Shown: piece by piece, positions 1-7,786 of the stretch
Position numbering within the stretch: position 1 is the stretch's first letter
Layout: each line of letters begins with the position of its first letter
Virus record (IMG/VR): IMGVR_UViG_2861038214_000001
Span: 1-46,563 of that record
Reading direction: 5' to 3' (one strand)
DNA from: a virus
Taxonomy: Duplodnaviria > Heunggongvirae > Uroviricota > Caudoviricetes
DNA length: 46,563 nt
Notes under the pieces: model-generated
What the model saw: the letters and a program-made list of their open reading frames with translations, nothing else
Told to the model about the DNA's origin: nothing
The model's database searches: none
Made by a program: the position numbers and the translations under genes

Positions 1-201
1 TTACCCATTGGCGCGGCTTAAGAGCTTATTTTTGAATTCACAATGGTCACGATATAACCATCTTGCTCGTCCGTGGATAACTTTGGCTTTAGGCAGGTCG
101 CCGGACTTAATCCGGTCATAGATGAAGGTCTTACCGAAGCCAGTATCGGCCATGATGAATTTCAAATCAACCAGTGAATCAGGCTGTAGTTCGTGTTGCA
201 T
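1..201 (-). CDS. torI: TorI/AlpA-family excisionase-like recombination directionality factor (66 aa)
   Basis: ORF track 1..201; small AlpA/Xis-like DNA-binding protein (…KFIMADTGFGKTFIYDRIKSGDLPKAK…); matches my recollection of KplE1 TorI; GGAG SD upstream. Confidence 0.75.
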   Translation of the reverse strand: MQHELQPDSLVDLKFIMADTGFGKTFIYDRIKSGDLPKAKVIHGRARWLYRDHCEFKNKLLSRANG

Positions 202-220
202 GAGTGCTATCTCCGAATAG

Positions 221-236
221 GGAATCGAACCTGCAA
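221..236. repeat. 16-bp exact copy (GGAATCGAACCTGCAA) of the argW T-arm segment found at 45495..45510; candidate att core duplicate
   Basis: exact 16-mer match read directly in sequence; flanks diverge on both sides. Confidence 0.5.
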
Positions 237-244
237 ATCAGGCA

Positions 245-266
245 ATAAAAAACCGCCATCAGGCGG
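245..266 (-). terminator. intrinsic terminator (GC hairpin CCGCC/GGCGG followed by U-run on minus strand)
   Basis: plus strand shows A-run then hairpin; sits at the end of the early-left operon, upstream of torI. Confidence 0.5.
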
Positions 267-426
267 CTTGGTGTTCTTTCAGTTCTTCAATTCGAATATT
301 GGTTACGTCTGCATGTGCTATCTGCGCCCATATCATCCAGTGGTTATAGCAGTCGTTGATGTCCTCTGCTTCGATAACCCTGTTGAATGGTTCTCCATTC
401 CATTCACCTGTGACTCGGAAGTGCAT
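259..426 (-). CDS. small hypothetical phage protein (55 aa, MHFRVTGEWNGEPFNRVIEAEDIN…)
   Basis: own translation of minus strand; GGAGAT SD 6-7 nt upstream of ATG; below ORF-track size cutoff. Confidence 0.45.
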   Translation of the reverse strand: MHFRVTGEWNGEPFNRVIEAEDINDCYNHWMIWAQIAHADVTNIRIEELKEHQAA

Positions 427-498
427 TTATCATCTCCATAAAACAAAACTCGCCGTAGCGAGTTCAGATAAAAGAAATCCCCGCGAGTGCGAGGATTG

Positions 499-783
499 TT
501 ATTCATTGCCGATATTTACCTTTATCGCGTAAACATTTACCGGTTTATCGCCGAAGTGCGGATGTGTGATTGTCTTGATTTCATATCCGTCATACGGGAC
601 GTCAATTCTGCGGCTGGAATCGTCGCGCTTCGGATATCCCTTTGTGATAATCAGGCGGTCATACTCCCGGAACATAATTCGCTTATTCCAATAGTCATTA
701 CACAGGCGATACTCTTCCGTTTTCTCCCCGCGAATCATGGCATCGAAGTATTCACCTTTGACGGCAAGTTGCAGGTTAGCCAC
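499..783 (-). CDS. hypothetical phage protein (94 aa); start refined to GTG at 783
   Basis: ORF track 499..921 trimmed to internal GTG preceded by GGAGG SD; N-terminal 46 aa of the long ORF overlap the upstream gene and look non-coding. Confidence 0.6.
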   Translation of the reverse strand: MANLQLAVKGEYFDAMIRGEKTEEYRLCNDYWNKRIMFREYDRLIITKGYPKRDDSSRRIDVPYDGYEIKTITHPHFGDKPVNVYAIKVNIGNE

Positions 784-1306
784 GGTTAACCTCCTGCTGC
801 GGTGCTGCTGGCATTTCACGCCAGTGCGTAACTGAGTGCGGATCCGGATATTCGGTGCCATCATCCCAGCGATTGCCATTCCACATTGCAGACCACATCT
901 CACCGTCTTCATACATGACAATTACCGGAATTAACTTATCCGGCATTCGCTCACTACAGCTTATCCAACCATCCGTAGTTACCGGAGAGTTGCCATTTAT
1001 ATCGAAGTTTGGCTCTGCGTCCTGAACCAGGAGGATGTAACCATTCTTGGCTGTATCAAGTTCTAACGCCTCGGTGACGGTGCCGAAATAGCGATTACCT
1101 AAATCAGCATCACAAGTGCTTACATCAATGGAAACTTCCATACCCTCGATTAATTCTGGCAAGTTGTAAGTTTGGCTTACAGGCTCTGCTTCCAGCGATG
1201 CCAGAGCAATTTCATAAGCCCGGCGCTCAATATTGTCTCGCACGTCCAGGCTGCCGATTCGCTCTTTGATTTCTTTAATCAGTTCTTTGTCGGTGAAAGT
1301 GGCCAT
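776..1306 (-). CDS. DUF551-domain phage protein
   Basis: ORF track 776..1339; C-terminal region (DGWISCSERMPDK…WDDGTEYPDPHSVTHWREMP) typical of DUF551; start refined to ATG after AAGGAGAG SD. Confidence 0.7.
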   Translation of the reverse strand: MATFTDKELIKEIKERIGSLDVRDNIERRAYEIALASLEAEPVSQTYNLPELIEGMEVSIDVSTCDADLGNRYFGTVTEALELDTAKNGYILLVQDAEPNFDINGNSPVTTDGWISCSERMPDKLIPVIVMYEDGEMWSAMWNGNRWDDGTEYPDPHSVTHWREMPAAPQQEVNRG

Positions 1307-1307
1307 C

Positions 1308-1799
1308 TCACTCTCCTTTGATGCGAATGCCTGTTGCAATGCTGTTTATGATGCTGTCAGTGCATGGGGTAGAAAGCTGGGCATCTCCAGCAATTTTCAT
1401 GACCTCAACATCTGCATATCGAATACCGAGGTGTATCAGACCGGCTATGCCTGACTTAAGCCGGGCATTTTCCATAAATAGAACTTTTGCCCGCTGTTTT
1501 TCTGCTTCAAGCTCAACGCGCAGCCTCCCAACCGTAAGCGCAATATCCTCGTTCTCCTGGTCGCGGGATTTGATGTATTGCTGGTTTCTTTCCCGTTCAT
1601 CCAGTAGTGCCAAAGCAATCTTGGGATTAAAGGCAGCAATAAATTCAGCGTTGTTTTTCAGAACGTGTTGCGCAATGGCCTGACTACTTAGTCGGACCTC
1701 ATAACCACGTGCGCCACGGTGTGGTTTATATGAGTCCCAGTCTCCCCACGTTGCTTTTTCTGCCGCTTCACGCAGTACCTGATAGTTAATTTTGGTCAT
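1308..1799 (-). CDS. Ead/Ea22-like early phage protein
   Basis: ORF track; coiled-coil-rich early-left operon protein typical of lambdoid ea22-type genes. Confidence 0.6.
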   Translation of the reverse strand: MTKINYQVLREAAEKATWGDWDSYKPHRGARGYEVRLSSQAIAQHVLKNNAEFIAAFNPKIALALLDERERNQQYIKSRDQENEDIALTVGRLRVELEAEKQRAKVLFMENARLKSGIAGLIHLGIRYADVEVMKIAGDAQLSTPCTDSIINSIATGIRIKGE

Positions 1800-1800
1800 A

Positions 1801-2100
1801 TCACATCACCCTGAAGCCGTTGCATTTACGTAAAAAATCGCAGATATAGCCCTTCATTTTTTCGTGCCAATCTCGATCATTCCCATTGCACCAACCATCA
1901 GGTGGAGTCCAGTTTTCTATCAGAGCAGCCATTTTCTTTGCTTTCGCCGGAGTAGCTGTTGCGGTATCGCAGTAATGACGAGTGTCAACCAACGCATCCA
2001 TTCCATCGATATCAAGTACGCAAAACCATGTGTGATTCGGAATTCCTACAGGTGGTATTTGTTGCCCACGTCGGCGTTTATCAATAAGATATACACTCAC
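1801..2100 (-). CDS. hypothetical early phage protein (99 aa)
   Basis: ORF track; GTG start preceded by GGAGGT SD; tight packing with neighbours. Confidence 0.6.
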   Translation of the reverse strand: MSVYLIDKRRRGQQIPPVGIPNHTWFCVLDIDGMDALVDTRHYCDTATATPAKAKKMAALIENWTPPDGWCNGNDRDWHEKMKGYICDFLRKCNGFRVM

Positions 2101-2644
2101 TGGTTACCTCCTTCTCTATTTGCTTAAGACCGTCTCTCACTGCATTAAGTACGCGTTCCAGATACTGGTATTTCGGGTTTGGTGCCGTTGGCCAGTCGGC
2201 ATACCACGGATCATCACCAAAGAGATTCAGCAGTTTGTTACCGACACCGAAACAACAGCAGCTTTCTTTTACGTCATCGGCGTTTTCCGCCTCGTCCCAC
2301 ATTTCTCGAGCCTGTACCGCGTCGATTTCTCTCTCTCTTCGTAACTTTATGATTTCTGACTTCACGAAAAGCAGATTTGCATCGTTGTCATCGTCGACCG
2401 TGCTTCGCAGTTGAGGGTCGAAATAGCCGATTAGATACTCGTTGCTGACCCGCTTAATGAACGTCTGCACATCATCACCGCCCATAGCAAACCAAGCCGC
2501 AGTCCACGCTTTTCCGTAGCAGGTGATGGTGATTCTTCCCTTACCAGGTTCGTAGTTTTCAATCATCACTCTAACCGGATCTAGTCGCTCTGCACCGGTT
2601 ATAACGAATGACAACACATCAATCTTTTCAACCGTTACACTCAC
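2081..2644 (-). CDS. hypothetical early phage protein (187 aa)
   Basis: ORF track; GTG start with AAAGGAGG SD; operon context. Confidence 0.6.
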   Translation of the reverse strand: MSVTVEKIDVLSFVITGAERLDPVRVMIENYEPGKGRITITCYGKAWTAAWFAMGGDDVQTFIKRVSNEYLIGYFDPQLRSTVDDDNDANLLFVKSEIIKLRREREIDAVQAREMWDEAENADDVKESCCCFGVGNKLLNLFGDDPWYADWPTAPNPKYQYLERVLNAVRDGLKQIEKEVTSECISY

Positions 2645-3186
2645 TGGTTGCCTCCTTTGCGAAGCTGGTCGGCGAACAAACGTACACCAGACGCTTCACT
2701 GCGTAGAAACTTAACGGCATCATCAAAACCACCTCGTTCTGCGTCGTCTGCTCCGTTGTCGAGGTTATCTGCGTACATCTCTACCCCCTGCGCCCGTACT
2801 TCAGCCAGAAAAGCATCGGTGGCTTGGGTGTCAACACGGATGCTGTCACGCAAGATGAAAAATGCATTGAGCATTCCAGTCTCTGGAACTTCATCCTGAT
2901 ACTTCTCATACGCATCAAGAGCCTTCATCATCTCATGTCCGAATGGTTGAGGGTGCGCAGCCTTCAGCCTTGCATTCTCAGCAGCCAGCGCCGCGCACTT
3001 GGCCTCAAGGTTATCAATCGTGATTCCAGCAGAACGACACTCCCGCAACGCCGTTTCCAGTTTTGATTCAAGTTCACCGAACTTACGGACAAGATATTCA
3101 GCGTTTGTTTCGTTAACCTTTAAATCACTTGGGATGCATTTACCTTTCAGAAAACCATCCATCTCAATTAGTGTAATTTGTTTCAT
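2641..3186 (-). CDS. hypothetical early phage protein (about 181 aa)
   Basis: ORF track 2641..3204; start refined to ATG at 3186 that overlaps upstream stop (ATGA coupling). Confidence 0.55.
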   Translation of the reverse strand: MKQITLIEMDGFLKGKCIPSDLKVNETNAEYLVRKFGELESKLETALRECRSAGITIDNLEAKCAALAAENARLKAAHPQPFGHEMMKALDAYEKYQDEVPETGMLNAFFILRDSIRVDTQATDAFLAEVRAQGVEMYADNLDNGADDAERGGFDDAVKFLRSEASGVRLFADQLRKGGNQ

Positions 3187-3347
3187 TTCTTCCCACTCCG
3201 CCACATCGCATTCAGATATTTGTTTTGATTTACTGACGGAAAAGAATTTCTCTTAAGCAATTCCTCTCTCGATGGCATTGGCTTTACGCGTTGGCGAATA
3301 ATCATTTCTGCCGGAAGAATGCCGGGATTGTATGCAAGTCCTCTCAT
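3183..3347 (-). CDS. small hypothetical protein (54 aa, [19 protein letters not shown]…)
   Basis: ORF track 3183..3497 trimmed to ATG preceded by AAGGA SD. Confidence 0.5.
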   Translation of the reverse strand: MRGLAYNPGILPAEMIIRQRVKPMPSREELLKRNSFPSVNQNKYLNAMWRSGKK

Positions 3348-3357
3348 TGTAAATTCC

Positions 3358-3651
3358 TTAGTCATTACTGATAGCGCCATAGCGTGAGCGGTAATTACGC
3401 AGGCGCGGGTCAATTTCAGGGAAGTGGGTATATGTGGCTTTGCGGAATGGTCGGATTGATGTCTGGTAAATTCGCTCGCGTTCTTCTTTCTCTGCAAGCC
3501 ATATACAGTGGCGAAATTCCTTTTCCTCTTTCGTTTCCTGCGGTAGAGACATTATTCGATCGTAGTTTTTTCTGAATTTATCCAGCACCTCCGATACGGA
3601 ATTGCCGGAACAGCGGCGCGGGTCATCCGCACCATACAAAGGCGCTGGCAT
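3358..3651 (-). CDS. hypothetical early phage protein (97 aa)
   Basis: ORF track; operon context. Confidence 0.6.
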   Translation of the reverse strand: MPAPLYGADDPRRCSGNSVSEVLDKFRKNYDRIMSLPQETKEEKEFRHCIWLAEKEERERIYQTSIRPFRKATYTHFPEIDPRLRNYRSRYGAISND

Positions 3652-3674
3652 AATTAAATCCTTATTTTTCTAAA

Positions 3675-4058
3675 TCAGAATGGGATGGAATCGTCGTATA
3701 CAGGAGTGTTCTGCTGGTTACTACTTTGCTGCTGCGGGCCATTTCCTGAAGCTGCAAATCCAATCTTTGCATTCAGTAATTCAAGAGTGATTGATTGACC
3801 ATTTTGCCCCTGATAAATATCAACCCTGATGTTTTCTCCGGTAATTTCAACAATGCCACCTTCAACAAGAACACTACGGTAGTAATCCGCTTGCGCTCCC
3901 GGCTTGGCAAATACAACGGCGCTGTAGTTTGTCCATTCTTTCTTTTTTGTCTGGCGATCGTAATACTGAACTCCAGCACGGATGTTGAATCCGATATTTT
4001 CCCCGGCCTGAAACTCTCTTGCGGGCTTGTTTAGTCTTACAGTAATCGAATGTGCCAT
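3675..4058 (-). CDS. ssb: phage single-stranded DNA-binding protein-like (127 aa, acidic C-terminal tail …DDSIPF)
   Basis: ORF track 3675..4148 trimmed to ATG overlapping erf stop (TAATG); C-terminal DDSIPF is the SSB interaction tail motif. Confidence 0.6.
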   Translation of the reverse strand: MAHSITVRLNKPAREFQAGENIGFNIRAGVQYYDRQTKKKEWTNYSAVVFAKPGAQADYYRSVLVEGGIVEITGENIRVDIYQGQNGQSITLELLNAKIGFAASGNGPQQQSSNQQNTPVYDDSIPF

Positions 4059-4663
4059 TAAGCGGCCGCCCCTTCTAATTCGTCTCGTCTGATGTTGTAA
4101 ACGTCCTGCGCTTTTTGCTGCTCCGGTGTGCCTTCGAGCATCTTCCACGCTTTGGCGAACGCCTGTTTAAGCTCTTCCACGGTGTTTTTCTGCAATGCTG
4201 CGTCAGTGAATGCTTTTAGAACCTGTTCAGGTGTAGGTGATGGTTTTGATTGCTTTGCTGCTGCGTTCTGCTGATGTTTATGCTCGTCTGTATCTGCATC
4301 TTTCGCATCATCAATGCCGAACAAACCATTGAGGCAATACTTGCGTGCATAAGAGCTTGTAGCTCCCGTAACTTGTGCAGAATCCATTCCTTTCTTGCTT
4401 TCTTCCTCTCGTGCAAGAGCGGTTGCCGTATGGCTGTTTTCGCCATCGGTAATAGTTGCCGTGGCTTTCACGTAATACCGATCACCAATCAACACAACTT
4501 CATCGCTGATTGATAAAAACAGGCCATTCAGTAACGGCTTAACGCCTTCAAGAATGTCTTCGCAGCTTCTGTATTTATATTTACCGAATGAGTTGTACTG
4601 ATTCTTTGGCGCGTTCAAATTCTTCTGAATAGCTGCCAGTCTTGCGTAAAATTCTTTGCTCAT
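4058..4663 (-). CDS. erf: Erf-family single-strand annealing recombinase
   Basis: ORF track 4058..4693; MSKEFYARLAAIQKNLNAPKNQYNSFGKYKYRSCEDILEGVKPLL… matches Erf family (P22 Erf-like); start refined to ATG (MSKEF). Confidence 0.85.
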   Translation of the reverse strand: MSKEFYARLAAIQKNLNAPKNQYNSFGKYKYRSCEDILEGVKPLLNGLFLSISDEVVLIGDRYYVKATATITDGENSHTATALAREEESKKGMDSAQVTGATSSYARKYCLNGLFGIDDAKDADTDEHKHQQNAAAKQSKPSPTPEQVLKAFTDAALQKNTVEELKQAFAKAWKMLEGTPEQQKAQDVYNIRRDELEGAAA

Positions 4664-4673
4664 ATGATTGTTC

Positions 4674-4844
4674 TCAGAATGGACACGGCCCAAGGAAATA
4701 ACGCTGATTTAATACTTCGACTCGGGACAAATTAAGGCATACCCGCATTCCTTCGCGGTCGCCATTATGGCGATACCAGAGAGCTTTCTGCGTGTACATG
4801 CGTCTCTGTAACTTGCTCTCCTTCACTGTGGTTGCAAGTGACAT
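4674..4844 (-). CDS. small hypothetical protein (56 aa, MSLATTVKESKLQRRMYTQKALWYRHNGDREG…)
   Basis: own translation; GGAG SD 6 nt upstream; overlaps the next small ORF in another frame. Confidence 0.35.
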   Translation of the reverse strand: MSLATTVKESKLQRRMYTQKALWYRHNGDREGMRVCLNLSRVEVLNQRYFLGPCPF

Positions 4845-4923
4845 GAATATCTCCTTCGTTACCGATTAATTCTTTCATCTGACGAATGAATTCTTCGTCT
4901 GACCAGTTATCTGTAAAACTCAT
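4765..4923 (-). CDS. small hypothetical protein (52 aa, MSFTDNWSDEEFIRQMKELIGNEGDIH…)
   Basis: own translation; ATG overlaps kil stop (ATGA); C-terminal half overlaps previous ORF and may be non-coding. Confidence 0.3.
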   Translation of the reverse strand: MSFTDNWSDEEFIRQMKELIGNEGDIHVTCNHSEGEQVTETHVHAESSLVSP

Positions 4924-5072
4924 TTCCTGCGATACCATGGAAGGTTGATAGCTGATTTCATCTCTTTATTTGCTTCAAGCCACATTTTGGAATCACCAAT
5001 AAATCTGGCTATTACTGCTTTGTTTTGTGCCGCACGAAGCATCTGGTGATTGATGGCTATTTCATTGCGCAT
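4920..5072 (-). CDS. kil: Kil-like host-killing/FtsZ-inhibitor small protein (50 aa)
   Basis: own translation MRNEIAINHQMLRAAQNKAVIARFIGDSKMWLEANKEM…; FIGD-x-KM motif as in lambda Kil; GGAGG SD. Confidence 0.5.
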   Translation of the reverse strand: MRNEIAINHQMLRAAQNKAVIARFIGDSKMWLEANKEMKSAINLPWYRRK

Positions 5073-5191
5073 AACGCCTCCAGTTGTTTCTTTGCTGCTC
5101 TGATTAATTGTTTAACTCGGCGTGATAATTCAGATTCGTGCGGGTAGAAAGCGGACATGACGCCGCTACCCGCGAGCTGAAAGTGCATCAT
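5057..5191 (-). CDS. cIII: CIII-like FtsH-inhibitor small protein (44 aa)
   Basis: ORF track 5057..5296 trimmed to ATG with AAGGAG SD; …PHESELSRRVKQLIRAAKK… resembles the lambda CIII PSESLLERITRKLR core. Confidence 0.5.
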   Translation of the reverse strand: MMHFQLAGSGVMSAFYPHESELSRRVKQLIRAAKKQLEALCAMK

Positions 5192-5256
5192 GGGTAACTC
5201 CTTATATTTGATTGCATAACGAAAACGCCTCGAGTGAAGCGTTATTGGTATGCATA

Positions 5257-5281
5257 TAAAAAAGCCCTCACACTGGAGGGC
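5257..5281 (-). terminator. intrinsic terminator (GCCCTC/GAGGGC hairpin + U-run on minus strand)
   Basis: seen in sequence downstream of the 156-aa moron gene. Confidence 0.5.
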
Positions 5282-5385
5282 AAAGAAGATTTCCAATAAT
5301 CAGAACAAGTCGGCTCCTGTTTAGTTACGAGCGACATTGCTCCGTGTATTCACTCGTTGGAATGAATACACAGTGCTTATTTGTA

Positions 5386-5856
5386 CTAATAAAATACCCA
5401 ATTTTCTGTTTCTTGGTTGTGTCCAAAGTTATATTCAATATCTGGTGTTGATGTATCAATATTCTTCATCCCATCAACAAGAGTTGATACAACAGCCAAA
5501 TCTTGTTTGATTCTCATTAAATGGTATTTCTTCCGGCGCAATAAACTTTCAATGGCAAGTTTCTTCGTTGGGAATGCAAAAGATCTTTCTGCATTTTTTG
5601 CTACTTTCTTAATTGCATATCTATTTTTCCTTTGTTTCCATTCCTGTAACCACTGATTTGGTGCTGGTTTAAAATTAACAATCCAATGCGCAGGAACCAA
5701 CCATGCATAATGCTCTGTCTGATGAAAAGCTATATATTGAAGTGCGAATATTTTTATCCCATCTTCTTCAACTGTCGCCTGGAATCTCCAGAAAACAGGC
5801 ATTCCATCATGTTCAGTTTCTGATTCAGGAAAAGGTACGCTCCATGATTTTGTCAT
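5386..5856 (-). CDS. hypothetical protein (156 aa), AT-rich moron gene
   Basis: ORF track; GAGGTGAG SD; markedly AT-rich relative to flanking phage genes; no family recognised. Confidence 0.6.
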   Translation of the reverse strand: MTKSWSVPFPESETEHDGMPVFWRFQATVEEDGIKIFALQYIAFHQTEHYAWLVPAHWIVNFKPAPNQWLQEWKQRKNRYAIKKVAKNAERSFAFPTKKLAIESLLRRKKYHLMRIKQDLAVVSTLVDGMKNIDTSTPDIEYNFGHNQETENWVFY

Positions 5857-5910
5857 ATCTCACCTCAAATAAGTGGTTTGCTGCGAAAGTAAATACGCTT
5901 AAGTTACCTG

Positions 5911-6048
5911 TTATTTATCCCACCAAGTTCCGTATCTATCTATCCAGTTACACCAATCATCGACACTCCATTTTGTTGTGTCGCATTTTGGCAACTGGCA
6001 TGAATATCTACCTTCTTTGTAAAGTCGGCGTTTGACTTTCTTGAGCAT
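5911..6048 (-). CDS. small Cys-rich hypothetical protein (45 aa, MLKKVKRRLYKEGRYSCQLPKCDTTKWSVDDWCNW…)
   Basis: own translation; GAGGTGAG SD identical to the downstream gene; possible zinc-ribbon. Confidence 0.4.
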   Translation of the reverse strand: MLKKVKRRLYKEGRYSCQLPKCDTTKWSVDDWCNWIDRYGTWWDK

Positions 6049-6165
6049 GGCTCACCTCAATCGTAATAAGCCGGAATTGATTTTCCGCGTTGCTTCTGGC
6101 GGCCTGAGCAGTCAACTCTCATTTCACTGCGTGGCTTGCGGTAGTAAATTAGATTTGTTCAGACA

Positions 6166-6187
6166 ATAAAAAACCCACCGAAGTGGG
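6166..6187 (-). terminator. intrinsic terminator (tL1-like; CCCAC/GTGGG hairpin + U-run on minus strand)
   Basis: plus strand A-run then hairpin immediately after stop of 6188..6526 gene. Confidence 0.55.
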
Positions 6188-6526
6188 CTATGACCATTTT
6201 TTATTTGGATTTCGTTGGTGAGCGTGATTAACAACTCTGTGCATTACATCCTCATATTTTTCATCTTCAATTTTTTCGACATCGCGAGGAAATGGTGTTG
6301 CTAATGCTTTGTCAACTTTGTCCATTGGTTCTTCATTAATCTTATATTCAGGACCGTCATCTATAGCATTAAATCCAGGTGTTACACCGTTTTTTAATGC
6401 ATATGCTATCCTTTTTTCCCATCTCGCTATTCTCCTCCTGTCTCGAGATGTAAGACCTCTATCAGATACTTTTCTGTTTTGTCCGCGGTCAGGATTAACA
6501 TAAATAGTCTTTTTCACCATAAGCAT
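6188..6526 (-). CDS. hypothetical protein downstream of N (about 112 aa; Arg-rich N-terminus)
   Basis: ORF track 6188..6532 (TTG) with likely ATG start a few codons in; position equivalent to lambda ea10. Confidence 0.55.
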   Translation of the reverse strand: MLMVKKTIYVNPDRGQNRKVSDRGLTSRDRRRIARWEKRIAYALKNGVTPGFNAIDDGPEYKINEEPMDKVDKALATPFPRDVEKIEDEKYEDVMHRVVNHAHQRNPNKKWS

Positions 6527-6528
6527 AC

Positions 6529-6834
6529 TCAATAAGCACCGTACGGTAGTTTACTGTACAATTTTATTTTTTGGACTGCATGTATTTTGTTTCCTAACGG
6601 GTTTGAATCTTTGTAATAAATACTTCTATTTTTTCGAACGACTTCTTCTTTCTTCTTGCAGCAAAGGCTTCCTAGTGATGCTGCTTTGTCTGCTCTGACG
6701 CAACCAGAGAGCTTTAGCGCAATTTTTCGCGCCAGTGCTTCATTACTGCGTCGCTCGGCAATAAGTTCTGCTCTGCGAGCTTTGTAGCGGCTTTTTGCCG
6801 TACCTTTGGATTCTTTCCAGACAATGGTTACCAT
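6529..6834 (-). CDS. N: N transcription antiterminator, phage 21-type (arginine-rich motif GTAKSRYKARRAELIAERR)
   Basis: ORF track 6529..6864 trimmed to ATG with AAGGAG SD; ARM matches the phage 21 N peptide from memory. Confidence 0.8.
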   Translation of the reverse strand: MVTIVWKESKGTAKSRYKARRAELIAERRSNEALARKIALKLSGCVRADKAASLGSLCCKKKEEVVRKNRSIYYKDSNPLGNKIHAVQKIKLYSKLPYGAY

Positions 6835-6944
6835 GATGGTCTCCTTTAAGTGGCTTTGGCGCATGACGCGTCGAGGTGCTTATCTTCTCGATCGCTGTCT
6901 TGCAGCTGCAATTCGCGCCATCCCCAAAACCACTCAAGTTCTGG

Positions 6945-6984
6945 TCTCAACGGTTAGGTTGAGAGTCCGTCGATGTTAAAGAGC
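6945..6984 (-). promoter_or_regulatory. nutL (boxA GCTCTTTAACA and boxB hairpin TCTCAAC-CTAACC-GTTGAGA, minus strand)
   Basis: boxA near-consensus and boxB stem-loop between pL and N. Confidence 0.6.
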
Positions 6985-7029
6985 CTGCCAATCTGTTCCG
7001 TTTGGCTTCCAGCGTCCTGCTGATGGAAA

Positions 7030-7110
7030 TGATAGTCACATATTGTGATTTAATGGTCAATCACAAAATGTGTAAAATAAAGGTGTGACACGTTATGTGT
7101 ATGATTTTTT
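7030..7110 (-). promoter_or_regulatory. pL promoter (-35 TTGACC, -10 GACTAT on minus strand) with three TCACA-N3/4-TGTGA operator-like palindromes (OL)
   Basis: perfect palindrome TCACATATTGTGA plus two degenerate copies overlapping promoter hexamers. Confidence 0.5.
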
Positions 7111-7312
7111 TGTGTAAATAGTTTTACCCGCGATGGTTTTGCTTACTTAAGTCGGTGGCAACAGCAGGATGGGTGCTGAAAAGTTCGAAAAACGAGCGAA
7201 GGTGGTGGTGGCGAGATGGCGGGATATGGGAGTTGTATTAAGAATTATAGTAATTTAATCAATAGTTTGGACCGGCGGGCAGGTGCTGTCCTGATAGTGA
7301 TCGGCGGACAAT

Positions 7313-7336
7313 AAAAAACCCGGCTCGGTGGCCGGG
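7313..7336 (-). terminator. intrinsic terminator after rexB (tIMM-like; CCCGGC/GCCGGG hairpin + U-run)
   Basis: seen in sequence immediately after rexB stop. Confidence 0.6.
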
Positions 7337-7771
7337 TTATTCTTGTTCTCTGGTCAAATTATATAGTTGGAAAACAAGGATGCATATATGAATGAACGAT
7401 GCAGAGGCAATGCCGATGGCGATAGTGGGTATCATGTAGCCGCTTATGCTGGAAAGAAGCAATAACCCGCAGAAAAACAAAGCTCCAAGCTCAACAAAAC
7501 TAAGGGCATAGACAATAACTACCGATGTCATATACCCATACTCTCTAATCTTGGCCAGTCGGCGCGTTCTGCTTCCGATTAGAAACGTCAAGGCAGCAAT
7601 CAGGATTGCAATCATGGTTCCTGCATATGATGACAATGTCGCCCCAAGACCATCTCTATGAGCTGAAAAAGAAACACCAGGAATGTAGTGGCGGAAAAGG
7701 AGATAGCAAATGCTTACGATAACGTAAGGAATTATTACTATGTAAACACCAGGCATGATTCTGTTCCGCAT
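7337..7771 (-). CDS. rexB: RexB, membrane component of Rex abortive-infection/exclusion system (144 aa, about 4 TM helices)
   Basis: ORF track; size, hydrophobicity and sequence match lambda RexB as I recall it; position between cI and N. Confidence 0.8.
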   Translation of the reverse strand: MRNRIMPGVYIVIIPYVIVSICYLLFRHYIPGVSFSAHRDGLGATLSSYAGTMIAILIAALTFLIGSRTRRLAKIREYGYMTSVVIVYALSFVELGALFFCGLLLLSSISGYMIPTIAIGIASASFIHICILVFQLYNLTREQE

Positions 7772-7786
7772 AATTACTCCTGATAA

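Noticed and set aside
193-441. Plus-strand ORF of 82 aa from the ORF track
   Set aside because: No SD, odd composition, and it overlaps the torI promoter/terminator region and a better-supported minus-strand small gene; likely spurious
5343-5372. 9-bp-stem inverted repeat GTGTATTCA…TGAATACAC considered as a terminator
   Set aside because: No U-run follows on either strand; more likely a protein-binding site or RNA stability hairpin, function not inferable
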